The notes under the pieces are model-generated. The model had not been told where the DNA came from, did no database searches, and saw only the letters and a list, made by a program, of their open reading frames with translations. From the NCBI GenBank assembly GCA_016201505.1, contig JACQCQ010000013.1, positions 80,830-144,829 of the forward strand: a DNA stretch of 64,000 bases. The letters are read 5' to 3'. Position 1 is the first letter of the stretch; each line of letters begins with the position of its first letter. Below, piece by piece: positions 9,375 through 18,942 of this stretch. The DNA comes from Candidatus Sungiibacteriota bacterium. Its GTDB lineage: Bacteria; Patescibacteriota; Minisyncoccia; Sungbacterales; JACQCQ01. Made by a program: the position numbers and the translations under genes.

Positions 9375-10325
9375 TCACTTCTCCACTTCAGCCGCCGGGC
9401 TCCGGCGCTGCATCCCCAAGATATAGTTATAGGCCGAAAGCGCCGCCTTGACCGCATCGCCCACCGAGATGTTATTTTGTTTGTAAATTTCGTCGGTGAC
9501 GTCACCAGCGGCATAAATCCCGAGCTTCGAAGTTGTACCAGTTTTATGATCAATCAGAACTTCCCCAAACGGATTCATCTCGACTAGGCCTTTTGCAATG
9601 TCTGAATTTGGCACCGCGCCAATTTCGACAAAGACCCCTTCCACTGCGAGCTCTTTTTCCTCACCGGTTTTGGCGTCTTTATACTTCAACCCCCTGACAA
9701 AATCGGCGCCCAAAACCTCTTGCGTTAAAGCATCATAAATAATTTCAACTTTGGAATTTGCCCGCACCTCATCTTGCGTGACCGGGTCTCCTTTCAGACT
9801 GTCGGAGCGCACCAAGAGATAAATTTTTGAGGCATAGGGCGTCAGATCCACGACCGCCTCAAGTCCCGCGTTCCCGCCGCCAACCACCGCCACCTTCTTT
9901 TCTGGAAAAAGCGGCGCATCGCAGGTGGCGCAAAAAACTACGCCCTTGCCTTCAAATTTGGCCTCGCCGGGAACACCGAGTCTTCTCCTGCGGCTGCCGG
10001 AGGCGAGGATAATTGTCTTGGTCTCAAAAGACTTCCCCCCATCGGTTTCCACCAGAAATCCGCCAGCAATTTCTGAAATTTTATTGGCGAGTTCGCCTGA
10101 AACAACTTCGAGTCCCTTTTGCGCCCGAATATGCCGCTCCAGTTTTTGGGTTAAATCAAAGCCGGTGAGCAATTCATCCCCAATCCAATTTTCGATCGAA
10201 GCCGACACCGCCGACTGCCCGCCAAACTCTTTAGCAATCAAAACGGACTTTAATTTTTTTCGCGCGACATAGACTGCAGCCCCTGCCGCTGCTGGTCCGC
10301 CGCCGATGATTACCACGTCATACAT
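9375..10325 (-). CDS. trxB: Thioredoxin reductase (TrxB/AhpF-like)
   Basis: IIGGGPA, CATCD, VVGGGNAG, AAGDVT. Confidence 0.92.
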   Translation of the reverse strand: MYDVVIIGGGPAAAGAAVYVARKKLKSVLIAKEFGGQSAVSASIENWIGDELLTGFDLTQKLERHIRAQKGLEVVSGELANKISEIAGGFLVETDGGKSFETKTIILASGSRRRRLGVPGEAKFEGKGVVFCATCDAPLFPEKKVAVVGGGNAGLEAVVDLTPYASKIYLLVRSDSLKGDPVTQDEVRANSKVEIIYDALTQEVLGADFVRGLKYKDAKTGEEKELAVEGVFVEIGAVPNSDIAKGLVEMNPFGEVLIDHKTGTTSKLGIYAAGDVTDEIYKQNNISVGDAVKAALSAYNYILGMQRRSPAAEVEK

Positions 10326-10418
10326 GAGCTGGAATTACGAATCATGAATTAAGAATAGAGGAAATACGATTGGGAGCCAAACTTCTTAATTCTCAACTCT
10401 TACTTCTTAATTCTAGTC

Positions 10419-10679
10419 CTATTTGCCCGTCGCCCAGCCTTTCAGGTCCTCGTAGTCGGCCTCGCCGCATAGAAAAGCTTTTGTTTCGGTATTAACAAAA
10501 AACGGCACGCCGCCGCAAAGCCCCTTATCAAGTTCCGCCAGTTTTTGGCCATTTTCCTCGTTCTGCCAAACTTCAAGAGACTCAATTTCTATACCTTCCT
10601 GCTTCAGCCGGTCTATTAAAGGCCTCATTCGCTCGCAGTGCGGGCAACCATTGCCGTAAAACTCTATCAACATAACCAC
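10419..10679 (-). CDS. Thioredoxin/glutaredoxin-like protein
   Basis: CPHC motif, GVPFF. Confidence 0.8.
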   Translation of the reverse strand: MVMLIEFYGNGCPHCERMRPLIDRLKQEGIEIESLEVWQNEENGQKLAELDKGLCGGVPFFVNTETKAFLCGEADYEDLKGWATGK

Positions 10680-10755
10680 ACGACATTACAAAATAAGCCA
10701 CGAGTACCTGCAAATATTGGTATATTTTGGTGTGCCGTTTTGTACAGATCCGTGG

Positions 10756-10998
10756 TTACTTGATACCCAAAGCTTCCGCAATGCGCGGCTTATCAAAGCC
10801 GATAATGATCTTGCCGCCAATATCAATCACCGGCACCCCAATCTGCCTAGATTTGGCAATCATTTCCTCACGGGCTTTCGTGTCGGAGGCCACATTGACC
10901 TCTTCATACTTTACATCGTTCTCGGCAAAAAAGGATTTGGCCATCTTGCAATACACGCAGACTGGTGTCGTATAAATTTTTACGGATGGTGTTGGCAT
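10756..10998 (-). CDS. Glutaredoxin-like protein (NrdH/YruB type)
   Basis: YTTPVCVYC, GVPVIDI..IIGFD. Confidence 0.88.
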   Translation of the reverse strand: MPTPSVKIYTTPVCVYCKMAKSFFAENDVKYEEVNVASDTKAREEMIAKSRQIGVPVIDIGGKIIIGFDKPRIAEALGIK

Positions 10999-11047
10999 AC
11001 AATGTTCTTATTGTTATTTTATCACAGACGTCAATACTAGCCCTGCG

Positions 11048-11731
11048 TTACTTTGCCGCTTCAAGAGCCGCCTCAATCGCGGCTTTAAATTGTGCGTAGG
11101 GCTGGGCGCCGGAAATCCCGATGCCGTTTACAAAAGTGAAGGGCGTACCGTTCACGCCCAGCCGCGTACCCGCCCCGACTTCTTTGGCGATCGCCTCGGC
11201 GTACTTGCCCGAATCGAGACAATCATTGAATTTGGCCTGATCAAGCCCGATGTTTTTTGCCCACAGCTTCAGATTGGCAATTGAAAGATCGGGCTGGTTT
11301 TGAAAAATCGCATCGTGCATTTGCCAGAACTTGTTCTCTTCTTTGGCGCATTGGCCGGCTTCTGCGGCTTTTTCGGCCATGGGATGAATACTGGAAAGGG
11401 GAAAATCACGATAGACGAATTTCACTTTACCCGTGCGCACATAATCGCGGACCAAGCCCGGCTCGACCGACTGGAAAAATTGTTCGCAAAACGGACACTG
11501 GAAATCTGAAAACTCAACGACCGCGACTTTGGCGTTCGGATCACCAAGTATGGGATCGTCACTGGCGTAATAGGCCGCGGTGTCGGGAGAAGTATTTTTT
11601 GTGTCGCGCTTCAATGACGGAGCGCCGTTTGAATAAAGCACCGCGAGCGCAATGATAACGCCTGCCGCAATAATCGATCCGGGTATCAAATAATTCGTTT
11701 GGCCATCGGGGGCTTTTATTTCTTCGTCCAT
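11048..11731 (-). CDS. DsbA-family oxidoreductase
   Basis: EFSDFQCPFC, YRDFPL, GVNGTP; start MDEEI chosen. Confidence 0.9.
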   Translation of the reverse strand: MDEEIKAPDGQTNYLIPGSIIAAGVIIALAVLYSNGAPSLKRDTKNTSPDTAAYYASDDPILGDPNAKVAVVEFSDFQCPFCEQFFQSVEPGLVRDYVRTGKVKFVYRDFPLSSIHPMAEKAAEAGQCAKEENKFWQMHDAIFQNQPDLSIANLKLWAKNIGLDQAKFNDCLDSGKYAEAIAKEVGAGTRLGVNGTPFTFVNGIGISGAQPYAQFKAAIEAALEAAK

Positions 11732-11742
11732 AGGCGGAAAAA

Positions 11743-12030
11743 ATGAAGCTCGCGGCGTAGCCGCGAACATCTTGCATTTCATCCTGATGAACTCATGCAA
11801 GATACAGCGCCTGCCGGCAGGCAGGGAATCCCCGCCTGCCATCTGCCTGTCACACGAGCTTAGGAAAGTGTGAGGATATAGAGTGTTCTGGCGATATATG
11901 GCGGAGTCTTATGACACAGGCACTGGCGGGCAGGCGCCAAAGCATCCGCATCTCGACTCAGCGGGCGATCATCGCTGTTTTTGAGTAAATATTTAAATGC
12001 GCTAAAAGCCTCCTGGCGGCGGCGGAGCTT
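11743..12030. repeat. Structured repeat family S, copy 1 (with nested REP-like insertions)
   Basis: Shares ATGAAGCTC, CATCTYGC..GCRAGAT stem, GAATC..CGCCAAAGCATCC with 20234 and 47405 copies. Confidence 0.6.
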
Positions 12031-12064
12031 CCCCATCATACGGGAAGTTCTAGTCGCTGGCAAA

Positions 12065-13294
12065 TTATATCTGGTCGAGAGGCACCTCGGGATTAGAAAG
12101 CAGCGCGAGACTCTGGCTCATATTTCTATGCTCCAAAATCCAGCGCGAAATGAGAGACTGGCTTTTGGCCGAGTTTATAAAAAAAGCACCTTTTATGATC
12201 CCCTGGCCAAGATACATTTCTTGATAGGCCAGAGGTTTTTTTGTCTCCCGGATAACGCGCTGATAGGACGCGTTCGAACTCCCCACCACGCTGATATGTA
12301 AACCTAAATTCGTGATCGAATACGAGGAAATATTGAGAAAGGCCTTTTTTCCACCCGCCATATTGGCCCCCGCGGCTTTCCCCTGAAGGAAAGCGTTATT
12401 CCAGTTGCCGACGGTATGCACTTCGCCTAAGGCGAGATCCTGAAATTCCGCCGCGTCTCCGGCAGCATAAACATCAAAAGCTCCTGTTTCCAAGAATTCA
12501 TCAGTAATGACGCCGTAGGTTCCGAGTGTAATGCCGGAGCCGGTTAAAAAATGAATGTTTCTTTCTACGCCAATCCCGACGCACAAGGCATCACACAGAA
12601 TTTTTTTCCCGTTCCGCGTCAAAACGCCGGCGATGGCTCCATCTTTTGACGCGATCGAATTAATCGTGTCGCCCAGATGCAGTTCGAACTCATGATCCTC
12701 AAAGTTTTTTTCGAGTATCGCACTGCCCGCCGGGCCAGAAAACTTCGAAAAAAAATGTTCTTCCGGCGCAACTAAAATCGTTTTAATCCCGCGCAGCGAC
12801 AGAGTCTCGAGAAACTCGAGCGCGATAAATCCGCCGCCGAGCACGACTGCCTGCTTGATATTCGGCAAGGCTTGGTAAAAAAGATCAGCATCGTCAACCG
12901 TTTGCAGTCTAAAAATATTTGAAACCCCAGCTCCACCGGGAAAAGGCAGCGGAAAAACTTTGCCGCCGGTCGAAATCAGTAACTTGCGGTATCGGACAAC
13001 GGCCCCGCTTTGTAGCACGACGTCATGCCGCTCGGGACGAACCTGAATCGCCTCCTCGCCCGCAAACACGTGGATATTTTTTTTGTCAAAATCTTTAATC
13101 GTCCGCATGAAAACCTGACCCCGTTTGATCCTCTGTTTTAAATACGAGGGGAGCAGAACGCGCGAATAGAGCATATGCGGCTCGTTCGTAATTACCGCGA
13201 TAGATCCCGAGGCATCTTTTTCGCGGATTGTTTCAGCCGCGGTAATGCCGGCAATGCCCCCACCGATAATCAGATAATCAACTGTTTGATCCAT
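12065..13294 (-). CDS. NAD(P)/FAD-dependent oxidoreductase
   Basis: IIGGGIAG, VLGGGFIALE, YAAGDAA. Confidence 0.9.
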   Translation of the reverse strand: MDQTVDYLIIGGGIAGITAAETIREKDASGSIAVITNEPHMLYSRVLLPSYLKQRIKRGQVFMRTIKDFDKKNIHVFAGEEAIQVRPERHDVVLQSGAVVRYRKLLISTGGKVFPLPFPGGAGVSNIFRLQTVDDADLFYQALPNIKQAVVLGGGFIALEFLETLSLRGIKTILVAPEEHFFSKFSGPAGSAILEKNFEDHEFELHLGDTINSIASKDGAIAGVLTRNGKKILCDALCVGIGVERNIHFLTGSGITLGTYGVITDEFLETGAFDVYAAGDAAEFQDLALGEVHTVGNWNNAFLQGKAAGANMAGGKKAFLNISSYSITNLGLHISVVGSSNASYQRVIRETKKPLAYQEMYLGQGIIKGAFFINSAKSQSLISRWILEHRNMSQSLALLSNPEVPLDQI

Positions 13295-13377
13295 TGAGTT
13301 AAGTCTAAAGGACAAATGCCAAATGCCAAATTACGACTCATAAAAGAAAAAGCCCGAAGGGCTTTTTCTTTTATGAG

Positions 13378-13602
13378 TTAGAACTCTCTTCGTCCTCCTC
13401 CGCCGAAGTTTCGGCGGGGCGGTCTGTCGCCTCGAACTTCCTTGAAGCAATCGAAGCAATAGACCGGGCGGCCGGCTGTCGGCTGAAAGGGTACCGTCGT
13501 ATCCTTGCCGCATTTTGAACATGTTGCGGCAAACTTCGGTCGGTCAGCTCCAAAGCCGCCTCCCCCCTGGCGCGGCTGGTAGCCGCCACCATCCTGTTGC
13601 AT
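13378..13602 (-). CDS. CxxC-x17-CxxC zinc-ribbon protein
   Basis: CSKCG..TTVPFQP..GRPVYCFDCF. Confidence 0.85.
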   Translation of the reverse strand: MQQDGGGYQPRQGGGGFGADRPKFAATCSKCGKDTTVPFQPTAGRPVYCFDCFKEVRGDRPPRRNFGGGGRREF

Positions 13603-13823
13603 ATTATCGTCCACGTTGATGCGATCCCAAAATTTGTATTCTTTTGGAGATCTCCACTTAATTTCGAACCCACTCTTTGGGAGCCGTATCAACGTGTTCG
13701 CCTACTAATTTACTAGACTACCCTCGTGATCGATTCTCTTATCTGAGCGTAAAAAGAGCATAGCACCGATACATCAAAAGTCAATAAACAAAAACGCGGC
13801 CCCGAGGGGGGCCGCTTAACTCT

Positions 13824-14501
13824 CTAACGGCGAAGTTTCAAGAGAACGCGGTCAACCGCTCCCTTCCAGCGCCTGGCATCAGTCGTGTCGATCTCTATAA
13901 CTCGGACCGGGAGTTTTTTCAGGACCCACTGCCCGCCGGTCTGGTTCACCCACCGATAGTGCCGCGGCGTTCGGCGCCACATTTCGCGAAGCTTCACTGC
14001 TGCGCCTTTCGTCTGGCCCGTTCCCCGCCATTTCGATGTCGCGCCGCCAAAGAAGTCGCTTGCATGACTTCGGTAAGTCGCCGCTATCGTGCGGCCAACC
14101 ATGACATCAAAATCGCAATGCGTTCGGACATACACGAGACGAATGCGGTGCGCCTTCGCTAAACGTTTGATTCTCGCCCGCTTTTTCGCGTCGCTGAAGT
14201 CCGAGTCGAGAACGACGCTTCCGCTGCTCTCGATTACACGAAGTGCCGCATCCTCCGCGATACGGCGAGCATTTTCGTAACGCTCGCCCTGCTTGCGGAG
14301 CTCGACGCGAATGTTATCGCCAGCGATGACGACAGCACCGATGCGTGCTGCCGCGTAACGAGCAACGGAACTCTTGCCTGATCCGACCAACCCGATCATC
14401 GCGAGAATCACCGGGCGCTTCGTCCGTCGCTTTGGCACATCAAGACCGCGCATGAATGTTTTTTCGGCGCGTCGCTCTTTTCGGGTAAGGGTTGTTTTCA
14501 T
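13824..14501 (-). CDS. P-loop kinase (AAA_33-like)
   Basis: GLVGSGKS Walker A, VVLDS; SD GGAGG. Confidence 0.75.
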   Translation of the reverse strand: MKTTLTRKERRAEKTFMRGLDVPKRRTKRPVILAMIGLVGSGKSSVARYAAARIGAVVIAGDNIRVELRKQGERYENARRIAEDAALRVIESSGSVVLDSDFSDAKKRARIKRLAKAHRIRLVYVRTHCDFDVMVGRTIAATYRSHASDFFGGATSKWRGTGQTKGAAVKLREMWRRTPRHYRWVNQTGGQWVLKKLPVRVIEIDTTDARRWKGAVDRVLLKLRR

Positions 14502-14565
14502 ATGTCCTCCAGTCTGCTAGATTCAGTTCCGTCATATACCGCGGGGACTTTCCTGTCAATATTAT

Positions 14566-15633
14566 TCACAGGAAATAATGACGCACATCATGGAAACTGA
14601 TAAATAAAACCAAAATAAGAATCAAGATGATGCCTGCGGTGTGCGCCAGTTGCTCATGCCGCATATGGACCGGGCGGCCGCGAATCTTTTCCGTAAGCAA
14701 GAATAAAATCCTGCCCCCATCCAGTCCGGGAAACGGGATGACGTTTAGTACCGCAAGACTAACGGAGAGCGCGGCCACAAATTGAATAAAATAAACAAAC
14801 CCGAGCTTGGCAAATTGATTGGTTAAGACGAAAACGCCGATTGGGCCCGAAACACTTTCGGGAATGCGCCCCTCGATGACACCGGACTTAAAAATAGAAC
14901 CAAAGGCTTCAAGCGTTGCGCGAAGCGCATACCAAAGACTTTTCGCCCCATACCAGGGGGCTTTATACCAGGCAACTTTATATATCCCGACGTCAGCCAG
15001 CGCGATACCGAGCGGCCCCTCTCCCGCCGGAGGATTTTTTCGTGCTTCAACATCAACGACCTGCGTGTCCGATCCGTTTTGGATGGTAATATGCAACGTT
15101 TCGCCTTTATGCCGGTTTACAAAAAAAACCAGATCATCGGCACTCTTCGGCACCAAACTTTCATTGGTGGCAACTAGTTTCTCGACGATGCTCCCGAAAC
15201 TAATTTTGGCCTTCGCGGCTGGACCATCTGAAGCGACATCGGTGATCGTTACCTTTTGATTGACCGTATCACTATCTCCGACAGATGGAACACCGATGCC
15301 AAAGCCAATCGAAAATAAAACCCAGGCCAAAACCAGGTTCATGAAAACGCCGGCCAAAATAATAACCACCCGATGCCAAATGGGATGCGAGGCAAAGCTT
15401 TTTTTATTATCCGCCCCTTCGCCTGATTCACCGAATAATCTAACAAACCCGCCGAGTGGAACGAGATTTAAGGAATAGATTGTCTCGCCCACTTTTTTAG
15501 CCAAAATCCGCGGCGGAAATCCAAAGCCAAACTCGTCAACGCGAATGCCGAAACTCCGCGCCGCAAAAAAATGTCCCCACTCGTGAACAAGGACAATGAC
15601 TACAAGAACAGCGATAAAGATAATGACGGACAT
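14566..15633 (-). CDS. rseP: RseP site-2 metalloprotease with PDZ
   Basis: HEWGH, NVIPFPGLDGG. Confidence 0.93.
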   Translation of the reverse strand: MSVIIFIAVLVVIVLVHEWGHFFAARSFGIRVDEFGFGFPPRILAKKVGETIYSLNLVPLGGFVRLFGESGEGADNKKSFASHPIWHRVVIILAGVFMNLVLAWVLFSIGFGIGVPSVGDSDTVNQKVTITDVASDGPAAKAKISFGSIVEKLVATNESLVPKSADDLVFFVNRHKGETLHITIQNGSDTQVVDVEARKNPPAGEGPLGIALADVGIYKVAWYKAPWYGAKSLWYALRATLEAFGSIFKSGVIEGRIPESVSGPIGVFVLTNQFAKLGFVYFIQFVAALSVSLAVLNVIPFPGLDGGRILFLLTEKIRGRPVHMRHEQLAHTAGIILILILVLFISFHDVRHYFL

Positions 15634-15686
15634 ACAATCAAAGTACATTATTCTAACTTATCAAACCATAGCGTTGCATCATCGAT

Positions 15687-15718
15687 AAAAGTTCGATAGA
15701 CTAGTCTATCGAACTTTT
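15687..15718. repeat. Perfect 32-bp palindrome, family P2
   Basis: AAAAGTTCGATAGACT|AGTCTATCGAACTTTT. Confidence 0.95.
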
Positions 15719-16143
15719 TCACATTGCGGCTAACGAGCGCTTCCATCTTTTAAAACTTGCGGGCGAGCCTTTTACGGGTAGATCGAGCAACGCGATTACT
15801 TTCTCTAATGTTCCCATGAAACCTTTGAATTTTTCTGATTTTTGTGGATCAGAATAATTTTTGCATAGCCTCCCGCCGAACGTACTAGCTCCCTTTCGAC
15901 TGAATACACGGTGCTCTTACTTATTTTAAGAATTCTACAAATCGCAATCACATCAAATCCTTGTTCGATGAAAAACGCAACCATAAAACGTTTTGCGAGC
16001 ATCACTTTCTCGCTCCGCGTGAAGAATTCAGAAAGAAACAACGAGGCGTCGACTTCTCGAAGCTTCCCTAAGGCTCTAAACAGCGAGGAGATTATTTCCT
16101 GTTCGAATTCTTTTGAAATTTTATTCTGTGATACTCTCGGCAT
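15719..16143 (-). pseudogene. TrpR/YerC-like HTH protein with a 1-nt frameshift near 15830-15843
   Basis: ORF 15805..16143 has FTRSEKVMLAKR and an HTH; shifted frame continues FKGFMGTLEKVIALLDLPVKGSPASFKRWKRSLAAM* to TGA at 15719, matching the C-terminus of the paralogue at 36576. Confidence 0.75.
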
Positions 16144-16148
16144 AGTAT

Positions 16149-16180
16149 ATTAGTTCGATAGACTAGTCTATCGAACTAAT
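16149..16180. repeat. Perfect 32-bp palindrome, family P2
   Basis: ATTAGTTCGATAGACT|AGTCTATCGAACTAAT; 5 nt upstream of the TrpR-like ATG and overlapping the tlyA stop. Confidence 0.95.
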
Positions 16181-16904
16181 TGACAGTGTAGCGAAAATGA
16201 ACGAGGTACTCAACATTACCCTTTGCGCCCCGAATTGGTGATTCGGCGGATCCAGCTACTTCCCAGCCCTGAAGTTTCGCCCAGTTTAAAAATTTATGAA
16301 GCGCAGTTTTTCGAATTTCCGCATCGGTTACAATGCCGTGATGAATCTCGCGTAAGTCTACTTCATATTGCGGTTTAAAAAGAAATACCCCTTCGGCGGT
16401 ACTCGCTAAAAACTTTTTTACCGATAGCAGAATATATCTAAGCGAGGTAAACGAAACATCACAGGTGACAAATTCTATTGGTTCCGGCAATGAGACAAGA
16501 TAAAGCAAATTCGTCTCTTCCATCACGACGATGCGCGGATCCTCGCGCAATTTTAAGGCCAGCTTCCCGCGCGCCGTATCAATAGCATAAACTTTTTTGG
16601 CGCCATGATTTAATAAGACTTCCGTAAATCCGCCAATGGCCGCGCCAATATCGGCGCAAACTTTTCCTTCGACGTTAAGGTCAAACTTTTCAAATGCGCC
16701 TTCTAATTTATAGCCGCCGCGGCCGACGTATTTTCTCGGCTCGCGCACTTTTAAAATCGCCTCTTGCAGATAAAGCTCTGCCGGCGAAACGGCTTTCCGG
16801 CCTCCGACAAAAATATCGCCTTCGGTTACGCGAATAAAAGCTTCGGCTTTACCTTTCACAATCCCCCGCTCGATCAAAATTTCGTCCAGTCGCTTCTTTT
16901 TCAT
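16176..16904 (-). CDS. tlyA: TlyA-family rRNA methyltransferase
   Basis: KKRLD S4 domain, YVGRGGYKL, DIGAAIGGFT, KPQYE. Confidence 0.93.
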   Translation of the reverse strand: MKKKRLDEILIERGIVKGKAEAFIRVTEGDIFVGGRKAVSPAELYLQEAILKVREPRKYVGRGGYKLEGAFEKFDLNVEGKVCADIGAAIGGFTEVLLNHGAKKVYAIDTARGKLALKLREDPRIVVMEETNLLYLVSLPEPIEFVTCDVSFTSLRYILLSVKKFLASTAEGVFLFKPQYEVDLREIHHGIVTDAEIRKTALHKFLNWAKLQGWEVAGSAESPIRGAKGNVEYLVHFRYTVN

Positions 16905-17033
16905 TTTTCTATCCTACTACAGACAAACTAGAAACGCCGCACGGAGTACACCCCGTGCGGCGTCTTCGCTTTCGCTCTTCGAGCTAAGCTACTAAAGCTT
17001 TAGTTAATGGCTGGATTTTCAATTCCTATACCA

Positions 17034-17069
17034 CTAGTACCTTTTATCCGATCGGATAAAAGGTACTAG
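17034..17069. repeat. Perfect 36-bp palindrome, family P1, solo copy
   Basis: CTAGTACCTTTTATCCGA|TCGGATAAAAGGTACTAG. Confidence 0.95.
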
Positions 17070-17099
17070 CTACTGCTTAAAATTAAGTTTATACAAAAT

Positions 17100-17278
17100 A
17101 CTGCAGGCGGTACAAACAAACAGCGCCTGAGGCCAGCCTCGGGATCTAGATCGCCCTTCTCAAGCTTGCATCCGGGGAGTTCCCACTTCCCCTGCAAAGA
17201 GCCCGAGGCGCGACGGCCAACCAGCACTTTTCCATCACGTTCGAGAATCAGCGCTGTTACTGTAGTTTGAGCCGTGAT
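17100..17278 (-). pseudogene. Truncated NUDIX (MutT-like) hydrolase
   Basis: Manual translation VTALILERDGKVLVGRRASGSLQGKWELPGCKLEKGDLDPEAGLRR breaks within the NUDIX box; no ATG. Confidence 0.75.
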
Positions 17279-17283
17279 GCCCC

Positions 17284-17841
17284 CTAAACGGTCATGATCT
17301 CTCTTTCTTTGTGGGCGCCTGTATCTTCAATTTTTTTATTCATTTCGTCAATCAGTTTTTGGATTTCGCTTTTGCCGCGGAAATGGTCGTCTTTCGAAAT
17401 CGTTTTATCTTTTTCGGCACGATCCAATTCCTTCATTGACTCTTCGCGAACGCGTCGAACAGAAATTTTGGCCTCTTCAATTTTTTGATTCAGCAATTTA
17501 ATCAATTCGCGCCGCCGCTCTTCAGTTAATGCGGGGAGTGTCAGCCGAATACCATTTGAGTCGGCAATCGGATTCATACCGAGATTCGATTGCTGGATGG
17601 CTTTTTGAATCGGCTCCATGGCGCCCTTATCCCACGGGGCAATCATGATTTGGCGCGGCTCGGGGACACTGATGGCGGCAATCGCCCGCAATGGCTGTTT
17701 TGCGCCGTAATATTCAACTTCTAAATTTTCAACCAAGGCCGGCGTCGCCCGCCCGGTGCGCAGCGATAAAATCTCACCGCGAAAATGAATTAATGATTCT
17801 TCTAACTTCGGTTTTAATCCGTCGAGAGTTTGGGCAATCAT
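17284..17841 (-). CDS. frr: Ribosome recycling factor
   Basis: LRTGRATP, LTEERR, RRVRE. Confidence 0.97.
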   Translation of the reverse strand: MIAQTLDGLKPKLEESLIHFRGEILSLRTGRATPALVENLEVEYYGAKQPLRAIAAISVPEPRQIMIAPWDKGAMEPIQKAIQQSNLGMNPIADSNGIRLTLPALTEERRRELIKLLNQKIEEAKISVRRVREESMKELDRAEKDKTISKDDHFRGKSEIQKLIDEMNKKIEDTGAHKEREIMTV

Positions 17842-17868
17842 ACTTGGGCAATCATACAGTGATTATAG

Positions 17869-18942
17869 CTATTTACCGACGACCGCAAAAATTATATTTG
17901 GATTATCGGGCTTGATGCGGAGTGCGGCAATCGATGCGGTTACATTCATCGGCATAGCGCGCCAATTCTCACCGAAGTCTTCCGAGACATAGATTGAATT
18001 GCCGGCGGCGGCATAAATCTCGCGTGAATTTTTGGTATTCACGGCTACTGACTGAATCGAAAGTCCTTTGGGTGGAATGATGAGCGGGACTTCTTTCCAT
18101 GTAGTTCCCGAATCGACTGAGCGCAAAAGTCCGAACTCGGAGGAGATATAGATAGTCGAAGGATTATTCTGATCAAGCCGGATATCGGTGATACTCGCGG
18201 CATTGGAGAAACTGGCATATCCCGGCGTCAATCGGGTCCAAGAAGCGCCCTCATCCTCCGTCCGATAGAGCTCACCGTGAGGCGTTAAAACAAATAATTC
18301 TGACCCGCGAGCTGGGTTTTGGATTAGGCTAATCAGGCCATCAGGAAACCATTTATCAACTTTCCAGGTTTTTCCGGCATCAGACGATGTCAAAAACCCG
18401 CCCTCACCGGTCGCGATATGCACCCGGCTTTCATTCTCGGGATTGATCGCGGCGCCAAAAACGCCGTACTTTAGAATCGGCACGAAATAAACCAGATCAA
18501 AGGTAATGCCGCCATCGACACTTTTTAAGACCTCGCCTTTGTTGTTTTGATAGACCGAAAGATAGATCAGCTTTTCATCTTTAGCACTTGTCGCGATTGA
18601 ATAGACCTCGGCGCTTTTGCTTACATTCTCTTTGGCATCAATTACGCGCGCCCAGGTTGCGCCGGCATTTTTTGAAACCCATAGGCTGCCGCCTTTCGTA
18701 CCCAAATATATAATGTTTGGATTCTTCCGATTAAACTCGAAACTCAAAATATGCGCAGGCAGTGCGATGCCGATTTCAGAACTTCGCACAGACAACGCCC
18801 ACGAGGATCCGCCGTCAGTGGATTTAAAAATGCCGGTCGTTGCCGACGTGGGATTTTTATTCGTCCCAATAAAAAACGGCAGAATGATTCCGAAAATCAA
18901 AACGAGCATCGCCAAAATTACCAGTAGATAACTAAACTTCAT
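17869..18942 (-). CDS. BNR/Asp-box beta-propeller membrane-anchored protein
   Basis: Repeated SxDGGxxW motifs, N-terminal TM. Confidence 0.8.
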   Translation of the reverse strand: MKFSYLLVILAMLVLIFGIILPFFIGTNKNPTSATTGIFKSTDGGSSWALSVRSSEIGIALPAHILSFEFNRKNPNIIYLGTKGGSLWVSKNAGATWARVIDAKENVSKSAEVYSIATSAKDEKLIYLSVYQNNKGEVLKSVDGGITFDLVYFVPILKYGVFGAAINPENESRVHIATGEGGFLTSSDAGKTWKVDKWFPDGLISLIQNPARGSELFVLTPHGELYRTEDEGASWTRLTPGYASFSNAASITDIRLDQNNPSTIYISSEFGLLRSVDSGTTWKEVPLIIPPKGLSIQSVAVNTKNSREIYAAAGNSIYVSEDFGENWRAMPMNVTASIAALRIKPDNPNIIFAVVGK

